Source: Malacoraja senta
Lineage: Eukaryota
Direction of reading: 5' to 3'
Length of the DNA stretch: 64,000 nt
NCBI GenBank assembly: GCA_038087875.1
Contig: CM075978.1
Span: 176,328,001 to 176,392,000, forward strand
The position numbers and the translations under genes are program-made. The first letter of the stretch is position 1, and each line of letters opens with the position of its first letter. The notes below the pieces were generated by a model. It was not told where the DNA came from. It did not search any database and saw only the letters and a list, made by a program, of their open reading frames with translations. Below are positions 26,270-39,813 of this stretch, one piece after another.

Positions 26270-26625
26270 CTCTATCCAGAGATGTGTACAAAAATCTATG
26301 TTGAGACTTTTGATACAGTATTGAGGAAGTGTTTCATTGACAGTTACCATCTTTCAGAGGTGACGTCCAGCCAGGTCCTATGTGCCCCTTAGACGTATCA
26401 AAAAAAATTCTAAAGGTGCTGTTCTGCAGAAGAACGCAGGGTTTTCCCGGTGATCTGGCTGAAATTTGTCCCACAGTCCACATCACTTGCAAGTAAATTA
26501 TCTAGTCTTCATCACATGGAGCTTGTGAGTGCTACATTACAAGTGCTTTTTGCATTTTCAACAATGCTAAATTATAAAGTGATTTGCAAAGATTTGTGTG
26601 CATGGAAGGCAAAACATAAACCCTT
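26270..26625 (+). mobile_element. Deu-domain SINE (SacSINE1/AmnSINE1-like), degenerate
   Basis: CAGTATTGAGGAAGTG...CCATCTTTCAGAGGTGACGT...GAAGAACGCAGGGTTTTCCCGGTG...CATCAC...ATTATCTAGTC resembles the recalled Deu-SINE core. Confidence 0.6.
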
Positions 26626-27574
26626 GTTGACTAACTATTTCCTCATATGATGGTGATTTCTAGTTAAATAATTCCATGGCAGCCATACATTCATGGGTGT
26701 GTATTTCATTTCTTCATCCTTCGTTTAAGGCTTGACACTAAAGACTAGGCTCGCCTCTTTTCATGTTTTAAATGGATGTATTTTTCCACTCGGTAAAATT
26801 GAATAGATGTGAAATTAGCAAGTGCAGAAGCAAAAAACTGAAGTATCAAATGTAAAGGTCAGTAAAGCTGAAGACAATTTCCCCCAAAGGAAATAGTTGT
26901 TGAACAGTAAATTAAACTGAATCCATGGCTTGCCCTCTGTTTATGGCCAATCTGGGTCTCCTGATAACTTGGTCTCTTTCTTTACTGAGCAAAGGCGATT
27001 GGAAAGCGATTGGAGATGTTGTTTGACTAATTATTGATTTAAAGAATTGTGCCTTGCAATCTTTTGAATGCTTGGAACATTAACCATTTAATGTTTTTTA
27101 GAACTGAGGCTAAATTTTTCAATGTTGCATATTCCATTGTAAAATCAAATTTTTGAACAGATGTATAAGGCAAAAATGATGCAGTTGGATAGAACTTAAG
27201 TTTCTATTTCTTCCAAAGGATTTAAGTTTATAATAATGAGTTCAAACTTGTATATCTTTTTCTTAAGCGTTTGCATGGGCAAACTTGCTCAGTTGACTTG
27301 AATTGCAATATCTTGAATTGCAATTATTGGCACCATACAATTCAATTAGCATTAGTCAGTATTTGCAGGATTAAGTATTGATATTATTATAGACAGTGAA
27401 AAGCTGTTGTGCCTAAATGTTAATTTGAAAACACTCTTACAAATATTCCCTTTGATCTTAATTCTTGGTTTTAAATTGTTTTAGGGTTTCTGACCTAAGG
27501 TCATAAGGAATAGGAGTAGAATTAGGCCATTCAGCCCATCAAGTCTACTCTGCCACTCAATCATTGCTGATCTA

Positions 27575-29117
27575 CAGTGCTCTCCATAATGTTTGGGACA
27601 AAGACCCATCATTTATTTGCCTCTGTACTTCACAATTTGAGATTTGTAATAGCAAAAAAATCGCATGTGGTTAAAGTGCACATCGTCAAATGTTAATAAA
27701 TGCTAGTTTTATACATTTTGGTTTCACCATGTAAGAATTACAACAGTGTTTATGCATAGTCCCCCCCCCCCCTCCCCATTTCAAGGCACCATAATGTTTG
27801 GGACACAGCAATGTCATGTGAATGAAAGTAGTCATGTTTAGTATTTTGTTCGATATCCTTTGCATGCAATGACTGCTAGAAGTCTGCGATTCTTGGACAT
27901 CACCAGTTGCTGGGTGTCTTATCTGGTGATGCTCTGCCAGGCCTGTATTGCAGCCATCTTTAGCTTATGCTTGTTTTGGGGGCTATTCCCCATCAGTTTT
28001 ATCTTCAGCATATAAAAGGCAGGCTCAATTGGGTTCAGATCGGGTGATTGACTTGGCCACTCAAGAATTGACAATTTTTTAGCTTTGGAAAAACTTCTTT
28101 GTTGCTTTAGCAGTATGTTTGGGATCATTGTCTTGCTGTAGAATGAACCGCCGGCCAATGAGTTTTGAGGCATTTGTTTGAACTTGAGCAGATAGGACGC
28201 GTCTATACACTTCAGAATTCATTATACATCTACCATCAGCAGTTGTATCATCAATGAAGATAAGTGAGCCAGTACCATCAGCAACCATACATGCCCAGGC
28301 CATAACACCCCCACCACTGTGTTTCACAGATGAGGTGGAATTCTTTGGATCTTGGGCAGTTCCTTCTCTCCTCCACACTTTGCTTTTGCCATCATTCTGA
28401 TATAAGTTAATCTACATCTGTCCACAAGACCTTTTTCCAGAACTATGGTTGCTTTTTTAAGTACTTCTTGGCAAACTGTAACCTGGCCATCTATTTTTGC
28501 GGCTAACCAGTGGTTTGCATCTTGCAGTGTAGCCTCTGTATTTGTGTTCATGAAGTCTTCTGCAGACAGTGGTCATTGACAAATCCACACCTGACTCCTG
28601 AAGATTGTTTCTGATCTGTCGGATAGGTGTTTGGGGATTTTTCTTTATTATAGAGAGAATTCTTCTGTCATCAACTGTGGAGGTCTTCCTTCGCCTGCCA
28701 GTCCCTTTGCGGTTTATAAGCTCACCAGTGTTCTCTTTCTTCTTAATGATGTTCCAAACAGTTGATTTTGGTAAGCCTAAGGTTTGGCTGATGTCTCTAG
28801 CAGTTTTGTTCTTGTTTCTCAGTCTCATAATGGCTTCTTTGACTTTCATTGGTACACCTTTGGTCCTCATGTTGATAAACAGCAATAAAAGTTTCCAACG
28901 GTGATGGAAAAACTGGAGGAAAGACTAGGTGCTGAGAGCTCTCTTATACTTGCATGAAGGAGGCAATTAAACACACCTGAGCAATTACAAAAACCATGTG
29001 TCCCAAACATTATGGTGCCCTGAAATGGGGAGAACTATGTGTAAACACAGCTGTAATTTGTACAGAGGCAAATAAATAAATGATGGGTCTTTGTCCCAAA
29101 CATTATGGAGGGCACTG
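27575..29117 (-). mobile_element. Near full-length Tc1 (DD34E, IR/DR) transposon with frameshifted transposase
   Basis: TIR CAGTGC(T/C)CTCCATAATGTTTGGGACA at both ends, TA TSD, inner direct repeats; paired domain, QQDNDPKH and WPSQSPDLNPIE with 34 residues between D and E after frameshift correction. Confidence 0.95.
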
Positions 29118-30163
29118 TATCTCTTCCTCCTAATCCCATTCTCCTGCCTTCTCCCACAATCCTCTGACACCTCAATTTTTTATTTGAAAGTCGCTTAAAT
29201 GCCAAGCAATTTTTTTGGGATGATCAGTGAAGTATTAATGGTGCTAATAGTCAACCATTTGCTAATTCCAAATAGTCCTATACTGCTGCATGTTAAATTG
29301 TTTCTTTTACATTTTCATTCATTGGAAGACTAATTAGTAATTATTGATCTTTGTACTGATAGATGTATGAGACCTGGAGGAGGGAACATTCATAAAATGT
29401 AGTTGATGTAGCATCACAGATTGGGAAAGAAAAGAGTAATTTTTTTTAGACTGATTTTATTTAACTTTTATAAATGAACTTTTTAAGATAAGAATATTAT
29501 TGGAAAATTGTGTGGGAAATTTGGTTTCCATTTATGCAGTTTTTACTTTAGAAATAGATACCTGAAAAGAAAAATGCATTGATGGCACTGCTTTATTTTC
29601 TGGCCTCGATAAAGCAGCTTTGTACTTTTTCTTCTTTCTCCTCTTTGGCTCGGAATTATATATGGCAGAGGGCAGAGTATTCTGAAATGATTCCTTAAAG
29701 TGCTTGTCGTAAGGTAACATTGATTTCTCACTATTGCAGGTCTGAATTTAGAAACAATGGTAATGCAAACAAATAGTAATGCAAACAAAATTATAATGCC
29801 ATGATTCTTTATCTTTGAAATAATATTTCTGGAGAAGTAAGGAGGGAATGTTTTTCTTTAAAAGTACTGGAAAGGGATAAGGTTCACTTGAAACTTGCAA
29901 TGCTTTGAGAGGGTAGGTAACTGGTTCGTGAAAGGTTAATAAATTCATAAGTTATGCGAGCAGAATTGGACCATTCGGCCCATCAAATCTACTCCACCAT
30001 TCAATCATGGCTAATCACCTTCAAAAGGTGCACGATGTAAGATGTCAATGTCAGATTCTGGGGTTTATATATTGGGAAATCTTTGTTTTTAAAAGAAAGA
30101 GATGAGGTTGGGTTTGCCGTGGGTATCCTAAAATAACTAAGTTGCACCTTTTTGTTATTTTAG

Positions 30164-30291
30164 CTCTCCTTTATTCACCACTCATTAATGAACCCAGATG
30201 TCTTCTGTTTTGCTGACTACCCATGTCATTCTGTTGTGACGGACATTTTGAAAGCCCCTCCAGAGGATGACAACCGGGAAATTGCTACATG
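30164..30291 (+). CDS. CNOT1: CNOT1 exon (ex12 eq.), [21 protein letters not shown]...NREIAT(W)
   Basis: ttttag|CTC...ACATG|gtatgt; 128 nt, phase 0/2. Confidence 0.96.
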
Positions 30292-30463
30292 GTATGTACC
30301 TCTCCTGAAAGTAGTGTTACCATGTAGAGATGCTGTGCAGAGCAGAAGAACAGCAAGCCTAACACCATTGATTGCATGTCTTTAATGTTTGGATCTACTC
30401 TCGACTCAGTAGTTATGTTTTGAATGTTTTGTCTTTGCTGACGCAGTGTTATCCTTCATGCAG

Positions 30464-30704
30464 GAAAAGCTTGGACCTCATTGAGACGTTACTGCGCCTT
30501 TCAGAGCTTGGACAATATGAGCAGGTCAAACAGCTCTTCAACTTCCCCATCAAACACTGTCCAGATATGTTGGTGCTGTCCTTACTCCAGATCAATCCAA
30601 CCTGGCACACTCTGCGACATGAGCTGATTTCCACACTGATGCCAATTTTCCTGGGCAATCATCCGAATTCTGCCATTATCTTGCACTATGCATGGCACGG
30701 ACAG
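30464..30704 (+). CDS. CNOT1: CNOT1 exon (ex13 eq.), (W)[12 protein letters not shown]...HYAWHGQ
   Basis: atgcag|G AAA...CAG|gtaggc; 241 nt, phase 2/0. Confidence 0.97.
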
Positions 30705-31555
30705 GTAGGCTTTAATTTTTGTGGAGAAATTGAGGCTTTTTGCTTGGTTACTGTGCGATAAGGGTTCATTGAAATTTTTGTGCAATGTTAGCCATTTAAT
30801 TAGCACATGATAACTTTTCGTAGTTCATTAACAGGAACAGTTTCAGAAGATCCTTGACTAGAATTTTTATAATGGCTTTCAGTGCAAAATATTAAGTTGG
30901 GCAAATACCTAAAATTAGAATTCATACCATTCTGTATTACTACTTGTGGCACAATCTGACGTCAAGTGTCAGGGTAGCCAACATGTCACTTGCATGCTCT
31001 GGATTAGCCATCTACGCATAATGGAAATTGTGTGCATCTTGTATAGCCAAATTGCATTTGGGTAGAAAACAATAGTGAGAAATGTTTCCTCAAAGTATAA
31101 TAGAAGTGTACATGGAGAAAACAACTTGTCAGTACATTGGCCACAAATCCAGTGTACAGGTGTGAGGACTGCTTGATGATGTGCAAACGTAATATTCATC
31201 TCTACCATGATGAAATGGACAGTCAGTCTGGAGAACAGAATGGGCATTGCCTGTCCATTCCCTCCACAGGTGCTGCATGACTTGCTGAATTCCTCTAGCA
31301 CTTTGTGTTTAGCTCAATGTTTCAGTACCTGCCGTTACTTGTGTCTCTAATATAAAATGTTGCTCACTGATGATTGGATACCAACAAAAACTCTTGTTTA
31401 ATAGTTGAGAAGTTAGGTCTGATGTCTCAGATTTAATCTGTCCAGTGAAGTAAGCAGAGTGTCTTTTGTAATCCAGAATAAAATTTTATCTTTTAAAGTT
31501 ATCATTTAACTGCATGTGTCATATCCCCTAGTGAAGTTTCTTTTCCATTTTACAG

Positions 31556-31675
31556 GGTCAATCTCCCTCAATCCGACAACTGATCATGCACGCAATGGCA
31601 GAGTGGTACATGCGTGGTGAGCAGTATGATCAGGCCAAGCTCTCTCGCATTCTAGATGTAGCTCAAGACTTGAAG
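31556..31675 (+). CDS. CNOT1: CNOT1 exon (ex14 eq.), [18 protein letters not shown]...DVAQDLK
   Basis: tttacag|GGT...AAG|gtaaaa; 120 nt. Confidence 0.97.
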
Positions 31676-32319
31676 GTAAAAACATGCACAAGCCAACGCA
31701 ATATTCTTTAGTGGGTGTATTTAGTGCATTGGTGGTATTTCCAAACTAGAGCCTGTGGTTCATATTAATTAAGCTAAGACAATTAAAATTCATCAGATTG
31801 GTCTGTTTGCATTTTATGTGGATAAAGGTTTTTTTTCTCCGTGTTGTTGGCGTACGTGGGCTGGCCATAAATCAGCATACTGAGATCTGTCCGGAGAAGA
31901 TGTAAATAGAAGGAAATGAATGAAGAGAGAGCGAAGAAACAATGTTGGCAATGTAGGATACACAACACTGCAGTATTTGGATAGCAAAAAAAAAGCAGCT
32001 GGAAATTAAATAAAAACACAGCTGTCTTTTGTCATACCCTTAAAATGATTTTTCTCTGCTCTGTTCTCATTCATCTTCTGTTTATTTCTCCTATAAATAG
32101 ATCAGCTTATATGAATTAGCCTTCATGACCATGTCACGTGTGACATCCCCACCTGTGTCATTCAATCTCTTTTGGTCTTCACCCTCTCATGGGCATTCAG
32201 GGTGAATAGGGTAGGGGGAGGGGGTTCACAGTTCACATTTACCCAAAAAGCTTAATTGGACCAAGCATGTAAATATCAGCACTACAAGAACTGGTTTGTT
32301 ACCAGGTGATCTGCTTTGA

Positions 32320-34560
32320 GTGACTTGCTCAGCTCTTGCCTCATTTTTTCACCGTTACAAGGCAGTCGTCGGGAGTGAGATGGACTTCTCTTCGCTTGGC
32401 TGGATGAGTATGGTACCAACCACACGCAAGAAAATTGACAGCATCCAGGGCAAGGTAGCCTGCTTGATTGGCATCCCACCCACCACCCTTAAAATCTCTC
32501 CATCACAGCAGTGGGTAATATCTACAAGATGCACTGCAGCAATCTACAAGACTTTTCCCAACGTCTCCAAAATCAGTGAACTCTACTAACCATAAGAGAA
32601 TAGGTGAACGGGAAAGCCACGAAATGCAAGTTCTCCACCTAATTGGATATGGCCAGGACTCGGATATAATTTCACTGTTCCAACATTGTTGGATCTAAAT
32701 GCTGGAGCACCTACCTAGATAAACTGGGAGTAATCTTTTTGTGATGAACTGCAGCTGTTCAAGAAAGTGGTTCAACATTACTTTCTCAAGTAGTTGGGAT
32801 AATCATTAAATGTGGGCCGTGTATAGGTACTTGGATCTTCTCTGGAGATTGAAAATACTACGATGAGTTGTGAAACAAAGCCTCAAGAGTAGGCAGAATC
32901 AAAAACAAGAGCATGTAAAATGGCAAAAGCTAATGGTAGACCAGAGGATTGAAATTGTTATGAATCAGCAGTGGAGGATGAATAAGGAGGGTAAAAATTA
33001 ATTCTGAGAATGAAATGGCAAGTAACTAAACTAGTTTCTATGGACATGGGAAATGTGGGACAGCTGAAGTGTGATTGTGAAATTAATGGTGGGAGAAAAG
33101 GAAACGGCTGATAATTTAAGCCAACACTTTGCACCAGTCGTCACAGTGAAGAGTGTGGTGAGCAGTCCATGGATAACAGATGGACTAGTTTCAGATAAGA
33201 GAGAAGAACTTGTAATATTCCCACGGGGTCATTTATTCCAAAAATCTATTGGTGCTAAAGACACAAGTTGTTGGAATCTGATGGTGTGGGTCCAAAGGTT
33301 TTAAAGGAAGTGGCTGCATTGGCAGCAGAGCCATTAGTTGAAGATCTTCAGATTTTGCTAAATTCTGATGGGTGCCAGCAGATTGGAAAGCTGAGATTGT
33401 GATGCCATTGTTCAAGAAGGAAAGGAGATAAATAACAGGAAACCAGAAGCTGGTTATAGTTAGCTTAACATCTGTTGCTGGAGTCTGTAACCAAACAAGA
33501 AATAGCTAGTAATTGAGAAAAGATTAATGTAATCAAATCAAGTTAATGTGGTTTTATGAAAGGGAAGTCATGTTCAATAACTTTGCTAAGCATTTAACAA
33601 GCAGCATCAATGGAAAGGAACAAAGGCATATAGTGCATTTGGGTTTCCAGAAAGTATTTGAAGAAGTGTGAGTGCCAATAGTTTTTGCGGAAGTGTCTGA
33701 CTGGATGAAGAACATTATCGGAGAAGACACACAATTGGGTCTTTTTGGATTGGAAAATTGTAACTAGTAGATCAATCCTAGCTCTCAATTATTTTACTAT
33801 TTACATTATTCTAATACATTTATCTACAGCAAGGTTTGCTGACAGCACACAGTTATAAAGGTGCTGCAATGAGACTGCAACAGAATGTAGGCAGGTTGAT
33901 TTGGCAGGCAGGTGCTAACTAAGTTAGTTCATAACTAAGAAGGCAAATCACAAAGGCCTTTATTTTGGGGAGATGGGTGGGTTGGAGTCGGAAAACAAAT
34001 AGAAAATATTATTGCACTTGTACAGAGTATTGTTGAGGCTGTACTTGGAGCTCTTTGTACAATTGTGGTCCCCTTAATGCAGTTTTGCCAGCAAAGGAGG
34101 TAGTCTGGATGTCTCCTGGGATAAGATGGTTTTCCATTCATTTATTGCCAAGAGTTTAAACCCCCATTCTTTGGAGAAGAATGAGGAGCATTCTTATTAA
34201 AACATAAGATCTTAAGAAGGCTTGATAAGATTGATGTTGAGATGTTTCCACCGGTGGGGGAATCTTACATGGACACATTTATAGGAATATAAGGAACAGC
34301 CTTGTAAAACGGAGGTTTGTAGGGATTTCTTACTGAGTTGTGAATCTAGGAAATTCTCTATCCAGAGAGGAGAGGATAGTACACTGGAGCTATTTTTAAG
34401 TGGTAGATTTTTATTGATCAATAGGTGAATAGAGAGCTATGTAGACCAGACAGAAGACAAGTTAAGTCATATGGCAGATCTACCATGATCATGTTGAATA
34501 GTGTGGTAAGCTTGAGGGGCCAGGCAGTCTTCTCCTACACTTTTCATCTGCCATTTGAAA
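32320..34560 (+). mobile_element. Old LINE (CR1-clade) fragments
   Basis: YKAVVGSEMDFSSLGWM...IDSIQGKVACLIG and decayed CR1 RT and 3' UTR motifs; boundaries approximate. Confidence 0.55.
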
Positions 34561-36754
34561 CATGATGTTAAATCTTCTGCCTCAAAAAGAGACCATATCA
34601 GGAGATCTGAGACATGTTAATGATCATTTTCAAGGAATTAGATGACTGCTGCAGTAGTTGTCGTCATAATGATCTTGTGAAGTGTCTCCCAAGTGGCCAA
34701 AGTATTCCTAAAGTAGGAACATAGATAACATCCTCCAGACATTTCTGCTCAATCCACAGTAGTTGAGTGGCAATGTACAGATAATGCAAAAGTTTGATAT
34801 GCCTGGAAGCTGAGCGCTGAAGTATAATTGACTTGTTCAGCAAAGCATATGGGAGGATGGATTTTGTACTCAACCTGATCCCTCTGAACCATGTTGCCCT
34901 CAACATTAGAGATCCTCGTCATGATCCTGGAAAGTGTAGATTACTTTCCTTGGTTGGTGCATTCTTCCAAGTTTGTATCCGAACATTGAGACTGTTTATA
35001 TTCTATCAGCTCTGGGTGGATGAACAACATAGTTCTTGCGTCTCACAGAGTAGAATTATGATACAACCGTGACACAACTGATCAGGAGATAAACTTGCTG
35101 GTTGGAGCATCTCAGTAATGATAGTTGAATAAATGTTACCACTTGAGTGCAGCTTGACCGTTAGAACTTCAACACTGCGGCAGCAATGGCAACAGAAACA
35201 GAAAATATCGGAAGCACTCAGTAGTCAAGAAGCATCCTTGGGGATTGAGAGAGGTCATTGGTGCACGTCGTGGACCTTTCTTCAAAGCAAGTCTGAAACT
35301 TTAACTTTTTCTCAACCCATGGATACATTCTGACATGCTGGGGTGCTTCCAGCAATTTAATTTTTTTCTCACAATTCCAACATTTGCAGTTTTGCTCCAA
35401 CACCAGTGGCTATCTTTTTGCACAAATTCATTGATTTTTGAGTTACTAATATCCAGGAAAATTTGATGACAAAATAAAAAATACCAGGAGTGGTCCATTT
35501 GGATCCATGAACTTTCTGGATCCATTTAATAAATTATCTGATCCGATGTTGGCCTCTGCTCCACTTTCTAGCCTTCTACTCATAATCCTTAACTTCCATA
35601 TGACTGAAAATCTGTTTAGCTAAGCTAAACCTTGAAAATATCAAGTGACTTACCCCATGTAATGTTCTGGCATAGAGAATTTCAAAGATTCTTGATTCTG
35701 AGAAAAGTGTTTCCTATTCCCTGTTTTAAAGAAGTAACCCCCCCAATCCCCCATTCTGACACCTTTGTTCTAGATTTCTCCATGAACAAATAGCCTCTCA
35801 CATCTATCTCATTCATTGTGCCCTATCAAACTCATGGGCTCAATAGTAGCAGCAAATTTTGTCATACATCTGGAGTTTTTCAGTACTGATTTTTTGGATG
35901 TGTTGGGGGAGGTAGTGTTGGGAGAGAGAAAAAGTATTTTGCATTGAGGAGTATTAAAGTCATTCTGATGGCAAAACTAAATTCACAAAGTAATGAAATA
36001 TCGCTTACGTGGTTCTATCTGTTAGCTCCACTTATCACTCCGGTTGTCAGTTGAGTAGGGAAATGATAAGCACTTCCGTAGAATATAAACTTTGAATGTG
36101 CTGATCTGTCTGTCTCTTGAAGGCCTTTCACCTGTAAGAATAGAGGTATGAAAAATGTAATTATTATGCTGGGGTCAGTTGAGCTTGATTTTTATGGGCG
36201 CATTCAGGATGAAGCTTACGTAGTTTCAACTCAAGGAAATTGAATGCAAGGAAATTGGGATTAATTTACAGAGGTTTGTGCAACTGAAGCTACAAATTTG
36301 TTTTAAATATTATTTCCTTATGGACCTTGTCCAATTTGTAATTTTTGAATGGGACATATTGCACCATGCAGTCAAACCATAAATGGATTCGACACTTCCA
36401 GTGGGATGTAGGGCATAGAGACAAGAGAATTATAATCTAGCTTTAGTGCCTTCAGTGCCTTTACCTTATTGCTGCTGAGGTATTGTACACGTAGGCATCT
36501 TATTGAAAATAGGTCCACATTGGGCTACTTAGATTAGTATCTTCTGATGAACTCGAGAACCTTTTGACATTTGTAGAAATGAGCAGCCATTTATGGCGTG
36601 TTTCATGAACACCTGGGATATAATTCTATCAGATTCGGGAGCTAGACATTTTACACTGCCATCTTTATAAATTGTTTTAAAGCCGGAGAACTTTGAAGAT
36701 TCAAGAATTTGCAGCTAAATTCGAATGTGAATATGTCATGGTTTTCCTATACAG

Positions 36755-36877
36755 GCCTTGTCTATGCTGCTAAATGGTACTCCGTTTGCCTTTGTTATTG
36801 ACCTTGCTGCACTTGCATCTCGCCGAGAATACCTCAAACTTGATAAATGGTTGACTGATAAAATCCGCGAACATGGG
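36755..36877 (+). CDS. CNOT1: CNOT1 exon (ex15 eq.), [41 protein letters not shown]
   Basis: atacag|GCC...GGG|gtaagg; 123 nt. Confidence 0.97.
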
Positions 36878-37079
36878 GTAAGGTATCAGTGCTAATGTTT
36901 TTATTTAAATTGTTGTATTCATTCTGAGGTTATGCTGTTAATTGAGCAATCTTTATTAAATTACAAAATTTGTGATGTTAAATTTGTGCACTTGGAATTT
37001 ACTATAAACGTAACGATATAGGGAAATGCCTCAATCACTTTCAATTTGCTGATAATTTTGGACTGTATAATTTGTGCAG

Positions 37080-38240
37080 AATAGCATGTTGCTGAACAAA
37101 AATGAAATTGCATCAGAGCTGAGGAACAAGAAAGGGATGGTCACCTTGCTACAGGCGTACTACAGGCCCCCAAATAGTCAACGGGAATCAGAAGAGCAAA
37201 TGTGTCAGGAGATTGCATGCAGCTGCAGGTCTAATAAGGTTGTTGTAGTAGGATATTTTAACTTTCACAGCATTGTCTAGGAATGTCATATTGCGACAGG
37301 TTTAGACGAGGTGGAATTTGTCAAATATGTTCAGGAGAATTTCCTCCGGCAATATGTAAAGGACCCACGTGGGAGAGGGCAACACTTGATCTAGTCTTGG
37401 GAAATTGGGATAGGCAAGTGGATGAAGTGTTCATGGATGAGCCTTTTGGGACCAACGGCCACTGTTCTATTAGGTTTAAAATAGTTATGGATACTGATGG
37501 ACCACGAGTTAAAATGCTAAATTGGAGCAAGGCCAACTTTGAGAGCATGAGAGGAACCCTCTCAAGTTGTTTGGAGTTGGTTGTTTGATGAAAAAGGAAC
37601 GTCAGGAAAGTGGGACGTTTTTAAGTGCGCTGACAAGAATTCAGGACATGCACGTCCCTGTAGAGTAACGGGCAAGGCAGGTAAGCGCAAGGAAGCCTGG
37701 ATGACGAGAGAAATTGAGGCTTTGGTCAAGAGTAAAAAGGAAGCATGGGTCGGGTATAGGCAGCTGGGATTAAGTGTGTCCCTGGAGAAGTTTGGGGAAC
37801 TAAGCTTAAAAAAAGGAAATCGGAAAGGCAAAAGGGGCAGGAGATAGCTCTGGCAGATAGTATTGAGGATAATCCCAAGAGATTGTATAAGCACATAAAT
37901 GGGAAAAAAAGGTAACCAGAGAGAGAGTGCGACCCCACAGGAGTCAAAGCGGTCAACTCTGTGTGAAGGCAAAGTCCTCAGAGAGTATTTCTCCTCTGTT
38001 TTTACTGTGGAGAAAGACAGGAGGATGGAGGAACTTGGGGTAGTCACTGGAAATGTCTTGAGAGCATTTGGTATTGCGGTTGTAGAGGTGCTGAAGGTCC
38101 TGACGCGTATGAAGGTAGATCCCGTGCTGGGTCAGATATATTCAAGGACACCATGGGAAGCTAGAGAAGAAATTGCAGGAGCTCTCACTTTTAGACAGGT
38201 ACATGGAGAGGACAGGTTTAGAGGGATACGGGCCAAACAC
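37080..38240 (+). mobile_element. CR1 LINE ORF2 fragment (AP endonuclease/linker)
   Basis: YYRPPNS...VVVGYFNF, PTWERATLDLVLGN, LNWSKANF, EYFSSVFT. Confidence 0.85.
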
Positions 38241-38544
38241 AGGCAGGTGAGCTGTTTAGAAATATTTGTATTTGAAAGGTTTGTTGCAAATAGAACGGCA
38301 CAGAACAGCTACCTGAACAAACCAAATGCAAGGTTCTGCTTGCTGTTCCTCTGGATGTTGATTTCCAGTCATTTTACTGGAACTTTGCCGGTGCCTACAC
38401 CTGGCGACACTTGTGTACTGCCTAGATTGTATGCACAACAAAACATTTCACTGTACCTAGGTACATGTGACAAATGTATTTTTATTTTTTCATTCATTTA
38501 ATGCGTGGGCCGGATGACTCTCAGCAGAACATATGCCTGAATCT

Positions 38545-39004
38545 CGGTGAGACCAAGCGGAGGCTTGGCGATCGTTTCGCCGAACACCTCCGGTCGGTCC
38601 GCAATAACCAACCTGAACTCCCGGTGGCTCAGCACTTCAACTCCCCCTCCCATTCCGTATCTGACCTCTCTGTCCTGGGTCTCCTCCATGGCCACAGCGA
38701 GCAACACCGTAAATTGGAGGAAATGCACCTCATATTCCGCTTGGGCAGTCTACACCCTGGTGGCCTGAACGTTGAATTCTCCCAATTCTGCTAGCCCTGG
38801 CTGTCCCCTCCCCTTCATCAGCCATCTGGTTGTCTCCTCCCCTCCCCCAACCCTCGGGCTCCTCCTCCTCCTTTTCCTTTTTTCCTTTCTTCTCCCCACC
38901 CCCTATCAGTCTGAAGAAGGGTTTCGGCCCGAAACGTTACCTATTTCCTTCGCTCCATAAGATGCTGCTGCACCCGCTGAGTTTCTCCAGCATTTTTGTG
39001 TACC
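38545..39004 (+). mobile_element. Penelope-like element 3' fragment (GIY-YIG end plus pLTR)
   Basis: GETKRRLGDRFAEHLRSV...VAQHFNSPSHS; 11-bp TSD TGCCTGAATCT at 38534-38544 and 39005-39015. Confidence 0.9.
38911..38938 (+). ncRNA. Minimal type-I hammerhead ribozyme motif (Penelope-associated)
   Basis: CUGAAGA-A-GGGU(UUCG)GCCC-GAAA-CGUU; stem I pairing weak. Confidence 0.6.
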
Positions 39005-39168
39005 TGCCTGAATCTTAACCTTTGGCCGTTTGTCTTGTCATTCTTAGCTGAAATAAAAATGTTTGTGATTAGTTGTGGTGGTTATTTTCCTTCCTTTGTT
39101 TTCCTCCTTCTCCCATTATTGAAGCTTGGAATAAGATGTCCGTCTCAGCTGAATTTTTATTTTGTTAG

Positions 39169-39320
39169 GAACCATTTATCCAGGCATGTGTTACGTTCCT
39201 GAAGAGACGGTGTCCTTCTATAATGGGTGGGCTGGCTCCTGAAAAGGAACAACCCAAGAGTGCTCAACTTCCTCCTGAAACACTGGCTACCATGCTGGCT
39301 TGCCTACAGGCTTGTGCAGG
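39169..39320 (+). CDS. CNOT1: CNOT1 exon (ex16 eq.), [16 protein letters not shown]...LACLQACA(G)
   Basis: tgttag|GAA...GCAGG|gtaagg; 152 nt, phase 0/2. Confidence 0.97.
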
Positions 39321-39813
39321 GTAAGGAAACACTGTATAATTTTACTTTGGAAAGAAAAAATATCTTTTTCCCAATTGCCACAAGTTACTAGTTCTTAATT
39401 ATTTGTGTTCTGATGCATTATAAAATGGGAAGTCTATATCTAAGCTGGTTAGCTGCAATCACAGAAAACTCAATGTAGGCATGTAGGTTTTGTGCTGTGC
39501 CGTCTGAAAGTTGCTTTGGCGACAAGAATGCTGAAATTATATGGCAGTTAGTTTAGGCTCCCTACACCAGCCCTGGTTGTTGCTGTAGGTTGCAAAAACA
39601 TCTACGTGCTTCATAATACCTTCTGATGGAAACAAAGCAAGCTGTAGGTTTGTATCTGTTGACGTTAGACCTGTGCTTGGTCTGGTCAACTAGTTTTCAC
39701 TTTTACAGATATTTAGTTTAATCAGATTCTGTTGCCATTGACTTTATTTTGCATGATAAAAATATTGCAAATGATAAGGCTTTTTTAAACATTCCTATTC
39801 CTTTTTCTCTCAG

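Noticed and set aside
27919-28885. Tc1 ORFs as an active or domesticated transposase
   Set aside because: Split across four frames by indels and stops; a pseudogene.
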